DNA of 64,000 nt from Gammaproteobacteria bacterium (lineage in GTDB: Bacteria > Pseudomonadota > Gammaproteobacteria > Eutrophobiales > Eutrophobiaceae), in NCBI GenBank assembly GCA_030829955.1, contig JAURNY010000018.1, forward strand, positions 94,377-158,376. Direction: 5' to 3'. A program made the position numbers and the translations under genes. Of the stretch, positions 51,804 to 61,951 are shown in pieces (position 1 is the first letter of the stretch; each line of letters opens with the position of its first letter). Under the pieces are notes generated by a model that was not told the DNA's origin, ran no database searches, and worked only from the letters and a program-made list of their open reading frames with translations.

Positions 51804-53378
51804 TCAGAGATTTTTTTGTTTATAAAGATTGATTAAAGCCCTTGTTGAGGAATCGATATTTTCAGCAACTTCGTCTTTTGTCAGCATATTTGCATACACG
51901 GTTTTTGCCAGTTTCTTTCCTAGTTCTACACTCCATTGATCAAATGAATTAATATCCCAGATAACGCCTTGAACAAAGGTTCGGTGTTCAAATATTGCGA
52001 GTAACATACCTAAGGTTTTTGCATTTAGGGATTTATAAAGCAAGGTATTGCTTGGTTTATTTCCGGGAAAAAATTTTTGTGGGCTATGACTTTGTTCACC
52101 TTTCATCAGTGCCTGACTTTGTGCAAAACAATTTGCTAACATTAATGTATGATGTTCCTTGTTACCCTGTTTGACCAATGGCGCCAGAAAATCTACCGGA
52201 ATAAGTTTGCTGCCTTGATGCAATAACTGGAAATAGGCATGTTGTGCATTTGTACCAGTAGAACCCCAAAAAACAGGCGTTGTTTCATAATCAACCAATT
52301 TATCGTCCAGATTGGTAGATTTTCCATTACTTTCCATCAATAATTGAGATAAATATTCCGGCAATAATCGTAATGATTCATCATAGGGCACGAAGACATG
52401 TGAATCTGCATCAAGAAAGTTGTTATACCAGACATCCAGCAGCCCCATAATAAGCGGAATGTTTTTTTCAGGTTTGGCTTTTTTGAAATGTTCGTCTACC
52501 AGATTTGCACCATCGAGTAATTGCCTGAAATTATCAAAACCGAGTGCTAATGCGATGGGCAAACCAGTGGCAGACCATAAGGAAAAGCGTCCACCTACCC
52601 AGTCCCAGATTGAAAAAATATTATCGGGGTTTATACCAAAATTAACAGCAGCTTCGATATTGGAACTAATGGCAACAAAGTGTTTATTTATTGCAGTACA
52701 GCCTTTATCCAGCATCCATTTCCGTAAGGAGTTCGCATTGGTTAATGTCTCCAGTGTTGAAAATGATTTGGAAGAGATAATAAATAAGCTGGTTTCCGGT
52801 TCGATCTTGCTAATTAGTTCTTCTATTGGCTGATAATCAAGGTTTGAAATAAAATATGATTTTGTATTTTCTTTCCGAAAGGGAGTAAGTGCGTCAACAA
52901 CCAGTTTAGGCCCAAGTCCGGCGCCGCCAATTCCAATATTAATAAAGGTATCGATGGGCTTGCCCGTCCAGCCAGTATATTCTTTTTGATGTATGCGACT
53001 GGTAAATTGTTCTATTTTGTCGAGTTGCTCATATATAAATGGAACAATATTTTCACCATCAACATTGATGACGGAGTCTTTACCTGCGCGCAGCGCTGTG
53101 TGTAATACAGCCCGATTCTCGGAAATGTTGATTTTTTCACCACTAAACATAGCTTGTATTCTGGATTGGATATCAGACGCATTTGCCAGTTGTATTAAAA
53201 ATTGCAATGTATCTTTCGTGATCAGGTTTTTTGAATAGTCAAAATAGAGTTCATCGAGCGCGATACTGAATGCGGTGGCTCTATTTGGATCATGTTGAAA
53301 CAAATCGCGCATATGGATTGAACGCATCGAGTTGGAGTGATCTTGCAAGCTTGTCCAGATTGTTTTTTTGTCAGGCAT
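51804..53378 (-). CDS. pgi: glucose-6-phosphate isomerase
   Basis: 524 aa. PGI family signatures (GGRFSLWSATG, SNGKS). Confidence 0.92.
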   Translation of the reverse strand: MPDKKTIWTSLQDHSNSMRSIHMRDLFQHDPNRATAFSIALDELYFDYSKNLITKDTLQFLIQLANASDIQSRIQAMFSGEKINISENRAVLHTALRAGKDSVINVDGENIVPFIYEQLDKIEQFTSRIHQKEYTGWTGKPIDTFINIGIGGAGLGPKLVVDALTPFRKENTKSYFISNLDYQPIEELISKIEPETSLFIISSKSFSTLETLTNANSLRKWMLDKGCTAINKHFVAISSNIEAAVNFGINPDNIFSIWDWVGGRFSLWSATGLPIALALGFDNFRQLLDGANLVDEHFKKAKPEKNIPLIMGLLDVWYNNFLDADSHVFVPYDESLRLLPEYLSQLLMESNGKSTNLDDKLVDYETTPVFWGSTGTNAQHAYFQLLHQGSKLIPVDFLAPLVKQGNKEHHTLMLANCFAQSQALMKGEQSHSPQKFFPGNKPSNTLLYKSLNAKTLGMLLAIFEHRTFVQGVIWDINSFDQWSVELGKKLAKTVYANMLTKDEVAENIDSSTRALINLYKQKNL

Positions 53379-53462
53379 ATTACAAATATCTAGCTAATAA
53401 GTTGCTCAATAATAATCTTTAATACTTCGATAATTGATATTGTTTTACTGAGTTTAACACAA

Positions 53463-53493
53463 TAAAAAAGCAGCCAGCAGGCTGCTTTTAAGA
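53463..53493 (-). terminator. rho-independent terminator after the CBS-domain gene
   Basis: aaaaaag-CAGCCAGCAGGCTGC-ttttaag. GC stem of about 7 bp with loop agc, followed on the minus strand by a T-run. Confidence 0.7.
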
Positions 53494-53511
53494 TATAAAA
53501 ATAGTAAACAC

Positions 53512-53949
53512 TCAGGCCGTATCAGTAATATAATGTTCCAATTGCTCAATAATAAACTCTTTTTCATTAATAATATTCTTTAATACATCCATAATTGATA
53601 TTACGGTAACAGGTTTATCGCCATCTAATACTGGTAAATGTCGAATATGATTGTCAGACATAATAATCATACATTCCTCTATTGTTTGACAAAGAGATAC
53701 CGTTTTGACTTCTGTTGTCATAATGTCCATAACAGGAGTGTCCGATGAATGTTTGTTATTAATCACCACTTTTCTGGTGTAATCACGCTCTGATAAGATA
53801 CCGACTAATTTCCCATGTTCCAGAACAGCTAGAGCACCAACTTTTCTATCGGACATTACTTTAATTGCGTCTATGACCAGCGTGTCGGGGGTGACAGCAA
53901 TAATTTCTCTATGTCTGGTATTTAATAATTGTTTTACGGTTGTAATCAT
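53512..53949 (-). CDS. CBS-domain pair protein
   Basis: 145 aa. Two CBS motifs. Confidence 0.8.
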   Translation of the reverse strand: MITTVKQLLNTRHREIIAVTPDTLVIDAIKVMSDRKVGALAVLEHGKLVGILSERDYTRKVVINNKHSSDTPVMDIMTTEVKTVSLCQTIEECMIIMSDNHIRHLPVLDGDKPVTVISIMDVLKNIINEKEFIIEQLEHYITDTA

Positions 53950-54241
53950 TGTTATTGATCCTCTTCAATATCGGTCAGAATCCAGCTGATACAGCTATAA
54001 GTATAGTTTCATTCAGTTGATGATCAATAGTAGGATTTATAAATGTTAATTGTTGATAGTTTGCTATCAAAATTCACAAAGATAATTTTACTATTTGCGA
54101 CTCTGTCGATAGGTTTAACGATTTATACCTTGCTGTCGTTGCAATAGGCATTTTCTGAACCTCACTATGACATTAGTGTGAGAAATGAGGCTTTGTTGAA
54201 TTGATGAAATAACAAAAAGTAGTGTAAGCAATTGATTTAAT

Positions 54242-54317
54242 TGGTGCCCTGAGCAGGAATCGAACCTGCGACCTATCGCTTAGGAGGCGATTGCTCTATC
54301 CACTGAGCTACCAGGGC
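54242..54317 (-). tRNA. tRNA-Arg (anticodon CCU)
   Basis: The reverse complement folds as a 76-nt cloverleaf: GCCCTGG acceptor, D-arm TAGCTCAGTGGATAGAGCA, anticodon loop CTCCTAA, T-arm GCAGGTTCGATTCCTGC, 3' CCA encoded. Confidence 0.85.
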
Positions 54318-54397
54318 ATAATTTTTTAGTTTATCTGATAAAATAGCTTACTAAAAAATAATATCCTGTATTTAAACATTAATTAGAAAAATACTAT

Positions 54398-55846
54398 ATG
54401 TTGCTTAGCCCTATAATCCTTGCTGGTGGCGTTGGAACACGTCTTTGGCCACTTTCACGGGAACACTATCCAAAACAATTCATAAATCTGATTAATGAAA
54501 AATCCATGTTGCAAAACACTTTAAACCGTTTGCGAGGACTGGAGAATTCTATCGAGGTATCGTCGCCACTGATTGTTTGTAATGAAGTGCACCGTTTTCT
54601 GGTTGCAGATCAATGCGAAGAAATCCAACAATCTTTGGACTCAATCATTCTTGAAAGTGTTGGCCGTAATACAGCGCCGGCGTTAACTATTGCTGCGTTA
54701 AAACTCACTCAGGCACATGATGATGTAATGATGTTGATGATGCCGGCAGATCATGTCATTAAAAATATTGCCATATTTCAGCAAGCTATTTTAGTTGCCA
54801 GCAACTATGTAGAAAAAGATTATTTATTTACCTTTGGTATTTCACCTGATTATCCAGATACAGGTTACGGTTATATTCATTTTGACAAGGAAAAAGACAA
54901 AATTAATGATTTAACTGTTAATGCGGTTCTTGGTTTTAAAGAGAAACCTAATAAAGAAACGGCAAAGCAATATATCATTGCCGGTGATTATTTATGGAAT
55001 AGCGGTATCTTTATGATGAAAGCCTCTGTCTGGTTAAAAAAAATGGAACAATATAATCAGGATATAGTTACATCCTGTCGCGAAGCTATAAATAAAGGAG
55101 CAGTAGATAGTCAGTTTTTACGTCTTGATGCCAAAGCATTTGCAGATTGTCGAAGTGAATCCATTGATATTGGTGTCATGGAAAAATTACTGGCTGATTA
55201 CTCAGAACAAGTACTAACTATTCCTATCGACATGGGGTGGTCTGATATGGGTGCCTGGTCTTCGATATGGCAGCATGGTGAGAAAGATGCTAATAATAAC
55301 TGTGTGGATGAATATGCCTTGGCGATTGATACGAATAATAGTTTGATTAGATCTGACGGCAGGCTATTAGCTGTAATTGGTTGTGATGATCTAGTTATTG
55401 TCGATACCGCTGATGTCACACTGGTGGTAGATAAAAATAAAACTCAGGATGTTAAAAAGGCTGTAGAACAATTAAAAGCAAATAATCGTAGCGAATTCCT
55501 GGAGCATGTTGTTGTACATCGTCCTTGGGGAACATATCAATCAGTCGAACAAGGCGATAATTTTCAGGTTAAAAAAATTGTAGTCAAGCCAGGCAAAAAA
55601 CTTTCATTGCAAATGCATCATAAGCGCGCTGAACATTGGGTTGTTGTTAAAGGAATTGCAACAGTGACTCGTGATGATGATGTATTTGAATTAAAGGAAA
55701 ATGAATCAACCTTTATCCCACTAGGAGCAAAGCATCGTCTGGAAAATGCAACTTCTGAACCATTGGAGATAATCGAGGTTCAGTCCGGCAGTTATCTTGG
55801 TGAGGATGATATTGTTAGATTTGATGATGACTTCGGACGAAGTTAA
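54398..55846 (+). CDS. manC: bifunctional mannose-1-phosphate guanylyltransferase / mannose-6-phosphate isomerase
   Basis: 482 aa. N-terminal NTP-transferase (ILAGGVGTRLWPLS) and C-terminal cupin PMI domain (HHKRAEHWVVVKG). Confidence 0.88.
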   Translation: MLLSPIILAGGVGTRLWPLSREHYPKQFINLINEKSMLQNTLNRLRGLENSIEVSSPLIVCNEVHRFLVADQCEEIQQSLDSIILESVGRNTAPALTIAALKLTQAHDDVMMLMMPADHVIKNIAIFQQAILVASNYVEKDYLFTFGISPDYPDTGYGYIHFDKEKDKINDLTVNAVLGFKEKPNKETAKQYIIAGDYLWNSGIFMMKASVWLKKMEQYNQDIVTSCREAINKGAVDSQFLRLDAKAFADCRSESIDIGVMEKLLADYSEQVLTIPIDMGWSDMGAWSSIWQHGEKDANNNCVDEYALAIDTNNSLIRSDGRLLAVIGCDDLVIVDTADVTLVVDKNKTQDVKKAVEQLKANNRSEFLEHVVVHRPWGTYQSVEQGDNFQVKKIVVKPGKKLSLQMHHKRAEHWVVVKGIATVTRDDDVFELKENESTFIPLGAKHRLENATSEPLEIIEVQSGSYLGEDDIVRFDDDFGRS

Positions 55847-55860
55847 CCCTCTACAAAAAT

Positions 55861-56541
55861 ATGATTTCTATTGTTATTCCTGTATTAAATGAAGCAAAGG
55901 AAATCGAAACGCGATTAAAATCGTTTCAAAAGTTAAGACAAAACGGAAATGAAATAATTCTTGTTGATGGTGGAAGCTTAGATGATACTTTTCATTTAGC
56001 ACAAGTCTATGTAGATAAATCTCTGATAAGTAGTAAGGGTAGAGCCAGACAAATGAATGCCGGTGCTAGAGTTGCCGCTGGTGATTATTTATTATTTTTA
56101 CACCTTGATTCTCATCTTTCGACACAAGCATTGATTGATATAGCAGAGATAAACAGTCTATCTATCTGGGGTTTCTTCAGGATTAAATTAAGTGGTGAAG
56201 ATAAAGTGTTTCGCTTGATTGAAAGAATGATGAGTCTTCGTTCAAAATTTACATCTATTGCTACCGGTGATCAGGGACTATTTATCAGTAAGCAATTATT
56301 TGATGAAATTAATGGCTATCCAGATATTGAACTGATGGAAGATATTGCAATATGCAACATCTTGCGCAAGAAAAAAAAGCCGGTCATGTTAACTAATATA
56401 ATTACAACATCTTCTCGTCGATGGGAAAAACGGGGTGTGATTAAAACAATATTATTTATGTGGTGGTTACGCTTGCTTTATTTTGCAGGTGTGTCAGCAG
56501 ACTATCTTAATAAGTATTACTATCCTGAAGATAATGGATGA
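55861..56541 (+). CDS. family-2 glycosyltransferase (TIGR04283-like)
   Basis: 226 aa. GT2 N-terminus ISIVIPVLNE with a DGGS motif. Confidence 0.75.
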   Translation: MISIVIPVLNEAKEIETRLKSFQKLRQNGNEIILVDGGSLDDTFHLAQVYVDKSLISSKGRARQMNAGARVAAGDYLLFLHLDSHLSTQALIDIAEINSLSIWGFFRIKLSGEDKVFRLIERMMSLRSKFTSIATGDQGLFISKQLFDEINGYPDIELMEDIAICNILRKKKKPVMLTNIITTSSRRWEKRGVIKTILFMWWLRLLYFAGVSADYLNKYYYPEDNG

Positions 56542-57148
56542 TCTGTTAATCATCTTTAGTAAGTCTCCTGAAGCAGGCAAGGTGAAGACAAGACTCATGC
56601 CGTCGTATGGAAGAAGTTATAGTGCGACAATTCATCGCCGTTTGTTATGGCGAACATTGTCTGTTGCCAGACAATCGGACTTTTCTAATATAGAGTTGTG
56701 GGTTGGCGGTGATAGTAAACATCCGGAACTAGTAAGGATTTCTAAAGCATTTAATATGGATATTAATTATCAGCGAGGAAAAGATCTAGGCGAACGCATG
56801 TTTTATACAATCTCTCAATCACAGAAGCATTATAAGAATATAGTCTTAATAGGAACGGACTGTGCTGATTTGCAAGTAAAAGACTTAAATCTGGCTTTAC
56901 AGAAATTAACAAACAAGGTTGATGTTGTAATTGGACCTTCTAATGATGGTGGTTACTATCTGATTGGTATGAATTCAACATATCAGAAATTATTTGATGA
57001 TATTAACTGGGGAAGTGATGAGGTTTTGCAGCAAACTAGGCGAAATATTGAAAAATTAAAATTAAATTTATCAGAATTAAACCAGAGAAATGATGTTGAT
57101 GAAGAGCATGAAGTGGAAACGTATGTATTAAATTCTGATACTTATTAG
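56537..57148 (+). CDS. DUF2064 (TIGR04282-like) glycosyltransferase-associated protein
   Basis: The track ORF starts at 56483, but the likely start is the ATG at 56537 (MDDLLIIFSKSPEAGKVKTRL), overlapping the GT2 stop (ATGGATGA). DUF2064 pattern. Confidence 0.65.
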   Translation, partial: DDLLIIFSKSPEAGKVKTRLMPSYGRSYSATIHRRLLWRTLSVARQSDFSNIELWVGGDSKHPELVRISKAFNMDINYQRGKDLGERMFYTISQSQKHYKNIVLIGTDCADLQVKDLNLALQKLTNKVDVVIGPSNDGGYYLIGMNSTYQKLFDDINWGSDEVLQQTRRNIEKLKLNLSELNQRNDVDEEHEVETYVLNSDTY

Positions 57149-57403
57149 GCTGTGCGTTCAGTATTACTTATGAAGGCAAACGAAGCGCTAATCTGATGCG
57201 AACCATGTTCTTTAAATTTATTGACATGCAAAATCAGTAATGCACCTTTAATCCTTAGTTGTTCTTATGCCTCAATTAGGCATACAGGCATCATATCGTC
57301 CTGTAGATAGATTCATTACTATCACTATGCAGCAGGTTTAGTATACGAGTATTGAATTATTGTTTTACTTTGATTTAGATTAATATATATATTATTTGAA
57401 CAC

Positions 57404-57494
57404 GGAGAGGTGTCCGAGTGGTTGAAGGAGCACGCCTGGAAAGTGTGTATACGGTTAACCCGTATCGAGGGTTCGAATCCCTCTCTCTCCGCCA
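57404..57494 (+). tRNA. tRNA-Ser (anticodon GGA)
   Basis: 91-nt class II tRNA: GGAGAGG acceptor, GTCCGAGTGGTTGAAGGAG D-arm, anticodon loop CTGGAAA, long variable arm, T-arm GGGTTCGAATCCC, CCA encoded. Confidence 0.85.
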
Positions 57495-57583
57495 AATATT
57501 AATATTAATAATTGATAATAATATTTACCTGCCACATAAAACGGAACCATTTAGATGCTGAAAAAAAAGTTAGTGCAGGTGGT

Positions 57584-58570
57584 TTATTGATAATCGTGTT
57601 CTTTAAACCAGTTGATTGCATCAATTAATCCTTTAGTTCCGGCTCTAGGATTATATCCCAGTATTGTTTTTGCTTTTTCACTTGTGAAATACATTTTTTT
57701 CTTCGCCATCAACACACTATCTACAGTTATGCGGGTTGACTTGCCGGTGATAGCGGCTATGCGCTCCATGCACCATGCGATTGGAATAATGAGATTATGA
57801 GGAAGTTGTATGCTAGGTGGATCAATATCTTCATGCAGACATATAAATTCCAGAATTGATGCTAATGTCATATTATCTCCTCCCAATATATAACGCTCAC
57901 CAATTTCACCTTTTTCCATTGCCAGTAAATGGCCTTCGGCAACATCATCTACGTGAACAATATTTAATCCGGTATCAACATAGGCAGGCATACGATGTTG
58001 AATAGTATCAAGCACAATCAAACCCGTTGGTGTCGGTTTAATATCGCCGGGTCCAACAGGTGTTGAAGGGTTTACAATCGTAATGGGCGCGGATTCTTTT
58101 TTTATTATTTCCTTTACTGATTCTTCTGCCAGATATTTTGAACGTTTATAATGCCCCTGCATATCGTCAAGCGTTGAAGGAGTAGTTTCATCAGCAGGTG
58201 TACCATCATCGTGCACCCCTAATACTGCCACACTACTGGTGTATACGATCTTGCTAATGGACTGTTCCAGCGCAGCCATCATTAATGCTTTGGTGCCATC
58301 AACATTTGTTTTATACATATTTTTTGGATCAGGGATCCAGAGCCGATAATCAGCAGCAATATGAAATAGATGATCACATCCTTTAACAGCTCGTTTCAAA
58401 GAAGGCTGGTCAAGTAAATCAGCTTCGATTACTTCCGTGTTAAGGTTGGAAAAGTTACGTTTATCTGACCCTTTGCGAACCATGGCACGAACTTCATAGC
58501 CCTTATTGAGCAATAATTTCAATACAGCAGAGCCAATAAAGCCATTTGCACCTGTGATTAATATTTTCAT
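57584..58570 (-). CDS. hpnA: NAD-dependent epimerase/dehydratase (hopanoid-associated sugar epimerase HpnA-like)
   Basis: 328 aa. Rossmann motif ILITGANGFIGS and a YxxxK catalytic motif. Adjacent to hpnN in the shc operon. The symbol is assigned from context. Confidence 0.65.
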   Translation of the reverse strand: MKILITGANGFIGSAVLKLLLNKGYEVRAMVRKGSDKRNFSNLNTEVIEADLLDQPSLKRAVKGCDHLFHIAADYRLWIPDPKNMYKTNVDGTKALMMAALEQSISKIVYTSSVAVLGVHDDGTPADETTPSTLDDMQGHYKRSKYLAEESVKEIIKKESAPITIVNPSTPVGPGDIKPTPTGLIVLDTIQHRMPAYVDTGLNIVHVDDVAEGHLLAMEKGEIGERYILGGDNMTLASILEFICLHEDIDPPSIQLPHNLIIPIAWCMERIAAITGKSTRITVDSVLMAKKKMYFTSEKAKTILGYNPRAGTKGLIDAINWFKEHDYQ

Positions 58571-58571
58571 A

Positions 58572-61157
58572 TTAATGTTGCTGTCTTTCTTCCAGCCAGA
58601 TTAGAAAAGAGGGTAATACGATAACTGTTGCGAACATCATACATAACAAACCAATAGTCAGCATAATCCCCATGCTTGCTGTGCCAGCATGCTTTGAAAA
58701 GGCAAGGCTGCCGATACTGAAAATGGTGGTAAATGAACTGACCAATACGCCCCTGAATGCACTGGTTAAAAATAGATTTTTATCGTTTGCTTGATCTTCA
58801 CGAAAACGATTTACGATATGAATACCACTATCTACACCAATGCCAAGTAATAATGGTAATCCAATAATGTTAGCAAAATTTATGGGTTGATTAATCAACG
58901 CCATAGATGCCATAGAAAATAAGCTTCCAGTAAATAATGTGCCAAGGATTAATACGACATCAACTTTAGATTTAATAAGTATTAATAAAATTATTGTGAT
59001 GGCAATTAGTGCATAAAGTATTGCAGACTGGAATGACTTAATAACGGCAGCCCCAGCTTCAACATTGACAACAGGGGGGCCAATGATGGCATCGTCATGC
59101 TTTTGTAGTTCTCTAACAAACTCAATCATGGCATCATGATCATTGAGGTCTTTTTCCGGATATATTTCGAGTTTATAAAAACCTTTTTTATACCATCTGG
59201 CCTTGATTTCATCAGGCACATCAGATAATTCAACATTGGTAGCGGCAAGACCTGTTTCCAATAAATTGATGCTGTCAACAAAGTAATATAGTAAACGTTT
59301 TTCAATATCAATTAATTCTATCGGGTGATTAACCAAATATTCTAATTTTTTTTGTAAGTCAATTATTTGATCATTTTTCATCTCCAAAGGATACTGCTTC
59401 AACATGGATAATAAATTGTTAGTAATTTTTAAACGTTCATCATTTTTTATTGCCACACTTGATTGTGTCGGTAAAAGTGGACCCATCAAAATATTTAGAT
59501 CATCGACTATGAATAATTTCCCTTCTTGATTTTTGGGTACCAGATCATTTAGCCAGACAACATTGTTTACAATATCTATTGCTTCAAATTGTGATTTGGC
59601 GAGTTCAGCTCTAGCTTTATCTTTTTCCAATGTAACTACAAACCATGGAGAGGTTTCCTTATCTTTTAATAAATCCTGAAAGGTTTTAACTGATTCATTG
59701 TTCTGGTCTTGAAGATTAAGTGTGTTGCTATCAAATCGTAAATGATTGAGCGAAAAGCTTGCGACAATGATTAATATAGCCGTAATTACCAATATGGATT
59801 TATAGTTTTTATAAGGTAATTCACTTAAATAAAGTTTAATCTTCTCTGATGATGTACTTTTATCGGTTGCATCAGTTTTTTTCTCAAAACTTAGCAAGGC
59901 CGGTAGTAAGGTGAACGTATAAAATAAACTGACGAGCATGCCACAACCTGCTATCCAGCCAAGTTCCGCAACCCCTTGATAATCGGTAGGCATAAATGAA
60001 TAAAAGCCAATAGAAGTAGTTAATGCACATAAAAACAAGGTTCTGAAAATATTAATTGCGGCAAATCTTAATGCACTTTGTGTATTAAGATTATCTTTCT
60101 GAACCTCTCTAAAACGTAGGCATAAATGAATAGCAAAGTCGATTCCCAAACCAATATATAAAACTGCAAAGGCGACTGAAATAAGATTTAATACGCCGAC
60201 TGTGAACGCAGCCAAAGCAGTGGTGGCGATAAGACCTAGAATCAAAGTGATAATAGAGGAGAAAAATAACCATAATGAACGAAGTCCAATAATCAGCATG
60301 ATTGCCACCAAAATAATCGATGCGAGGATGGCAATAACATTTGCTTCGGCAACACTCTTTAATTCTTCATAAGCCAGAGCGGCGTTGCCACTTAGGCGAA
60401 TAGATGTTTTTCCTCCATCTTCCAGCCCAAGCCTATTAACTGTGTCATTGATATATCGAATAGCTATTTCGCCAGGCAGTAATTCATCCGGGTCTTTCAG
60501 TATTTTTGTAATAATAAATTCACGATAAACAGATTTATTTTTTGTGTCAGCTTGTAATAATGTTTGCCAGGAAAGACGATGCTCTTTTTCTTTGAGTGTT
60601 TTATTAAGTTCTGATAGGAGAATTGATAAATCAATTTCTTCACCATCTGCTTTTGCCACGAACACCTGCTCAAGCATATTAAAAAAACCACGGAGTGATT
60701 GATCAGATAATAAAGTACCTATAAATGGTTGTATTTTGGTAAGACGATTGGATAAATCATATAACTCATCTTCAGTCATAAAGAGAAATGCTGTTTCACG
60801 AAAAAAGGAAATCGCAGAAGGGAAATATATATCTTCGATCAAATAAGGTGACGCTTTCAAAGATGTATAAAGTTTCGTTGCATCCTCACGCGCCCTGTCA
60901 GGGGTGTCTGCCTCAATTACGATCAGAACATTATCAAGCGTTTCAGTAAATATATCCTCATACTTAATATCAAGCTGTCGCCATTTTAGATCTCTAGACA
61001 ACATATCTCTAGTGTCAGTGGTCATGCCAAGATGATTGACGATTAACCAGAGCGATAAGAGAGTAATTAAAGCAATTAAAACAAATACACCAAAACGAAA
61101 GCGCTGAATTATGGTGATCCAGCGTTCGATAAGATGGCTTATGCGATTATTATTCAT
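58572..61157 (-). CDS. hpnN: RND/MMPL-family hopanoid transporter HpnN-like
   Basis: 861 aa. Two sets of 6 TM helices, each preceded by a large periplasmic loop (RND/SSD architecture). Located in the shc operon. Confidence 0.75.
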   Translation of the reverse strand: MNNNRISHLIERWITIIQRFRFGVFVLIALITLLSLWLIVNHLGMTTDTRDMLSRDLKWRQLDIKYEDIFTETLDNVLIVIEADTPDRAREDATKLYTSLKASPYLIEDIYFPSAISFFRETAFLFMTEDELYDLSNRLTKIQPFIGTLLSDQSLRGFFNMLEQVFVAKADGEEIDLSILLSELNKTLKEKEHRLSWQTLLQADTKNKSVYREFIITKILKDPDELLPGEIAIRYINDTVNRLGLEDGGKTSIRLSGNAALAYEELKSVAEANVIAILASIILVAIMLIIGLRSLWLFFSSIITLILGLIATTALAAFTVGVLNLISVAFAVLYIGLGIDFAIHLCLRFREVQKDNLNTQSALRFAAINIFRTLFLCALTTSIGFYSFMPTDYQGVAELGWIAGCGMLVSLFYTFTLLPALLSFEKKTDATDKSTSSEKIKLYLSELPYKNYKSILVITAILIIVASFSLNHLRFDSNTLNLQDQNNESVKTFQDLLKDKETSPWFVVTLEKDKARAELAKSQFEAIDIVNNVVWLNDLVPKNQEGKLFIVDDLNILMGPLLPTQSSVAIKNDERLKITNNLLSMLKQYPLEMKNDQIIDLQKKLEYLVNHPIELIDIEKRLLYYFVDSINLLETGLAATNVELSDVPDEIKARWYKKGFYKLEIYPEKDLNDHDAMIEFVRELQKHDDAIIGPPVVNVEAGAAVIKSFQSAILYALIAITIILLILIKSKVDVVLILGTLFTGSLFSMASMALINQPINFANIIGLPLLLGIGVDSGIHIVNRFREDQANDKNLFLTSAFRGVLVSSFTTIFSIGSLAFSKHAGTASMGIMLTIGLLCMMFATVIVLPSFLIWLEERQQH

Positions 61158-61181
61158 TTATAAATGAATATGTCGATAAAA

Positions 61182-61928
61182 TTAAACGCGAAAGACGTAT
61201 TCTTTATCAGTCAGACGTTCGATATCCGGAGGATAGCTTAATCTTTTGTCATCATAATATTTACGACGTTTGTCACCTTCAGCAGCAGCATTATATGTCA
61301 CGTATAAAACACGTCGTTTATCGTTGGTTAGATTTGGCCCAGAGCGATGAGGCACAAATGAATCAAAGAAAACAGCATCGCCTGGTTGAGTTGGAATAGA
61401 TTCATAATCAAGTGAATTTTCTTCCAGTGGCTTCCATTTTTCTCCGATCAATCCTCTATCGTGGTATCCGCCTGCCATTTCAAGACAGCCGTTTTCGATA
61501 GTGGAGGCATCTATACTTATCAGAGCGGTGATATGTAATTTGCCATATTTATCCCAGCCAGCCTGAACATCCTGATGAGCTTTAAAACCATCTCCGCCCG
61601 GCATTTTGAAGTTGATTTTGTCTTTAAATAATACAGAGTCATCATGAAATAATTGAGATGTGATCTGTTGAATTTCACTTTTGGTAAATAACTCACTAAA
61701 GCCTGCATGATAAGGTTCAATGTCTTCCATACGGGAGAGGATGCGTCGATTATTGTCGAGTCTACTCTGTTCAAAATACATCATGTATTTTCCGGGGACT
61801 TCCGGATAGTTTGTTACTTCATCTGTCCATGCAGTAATTTTTTTCATGGTTTCTGCGCCATAAAGTCCGCGGATAACCAGATAGCCGGATGATTTAAATT
61901 GTTCAATCTGTTCGTTACTTAATTCCAT
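61182..61928 (-). CDS. phytanoyl-CoA dioxygenase (PhyH)-family Fe(II)/2-oxoglutarate oxygenase
   Basis: 248 aa. PhyH-like fold with an HxD...H facial triad (HQDVQ ... PHRSGPN). Confidence 0.7.
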   Translation of the reverse strand: MELSNEQIEQFKSSGYLVIRGLYGAETMKKITAWTDEVTNYPEVPGKYMMYFEQSRLDNNRRILSRMEDIEPYHAGFSELFTKSEIQQITSQLFHDDSVLFKDKINFKMPGGDGFKAHQDVQAGWDKYGKLHITALISIDASTIENGCLEMAGGYHDRGLIGEKWKPLEENSLDYESIPTQPGDAVFFDSFVPHRSGPNLTNDKRRVLYVTYNAAAEGDKRRKYYDDKRLSYPPDIERLTDKEYVFRV

Positions 61929-61951
61929 ATTTGTATATTTATAAAGATTAA

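Noticed and set aside
57200-57403. Candidate sigma-70 promoter (TTGATT...TATTTG) and a small palindrome atgcctcaattaggcat upstream of tRNA-Ser
   Set aside because: The region is extremely AT-rich, so promoter-like hexamers occur by chance. Plausible but cannot be distinguished from background without a transcription start site.
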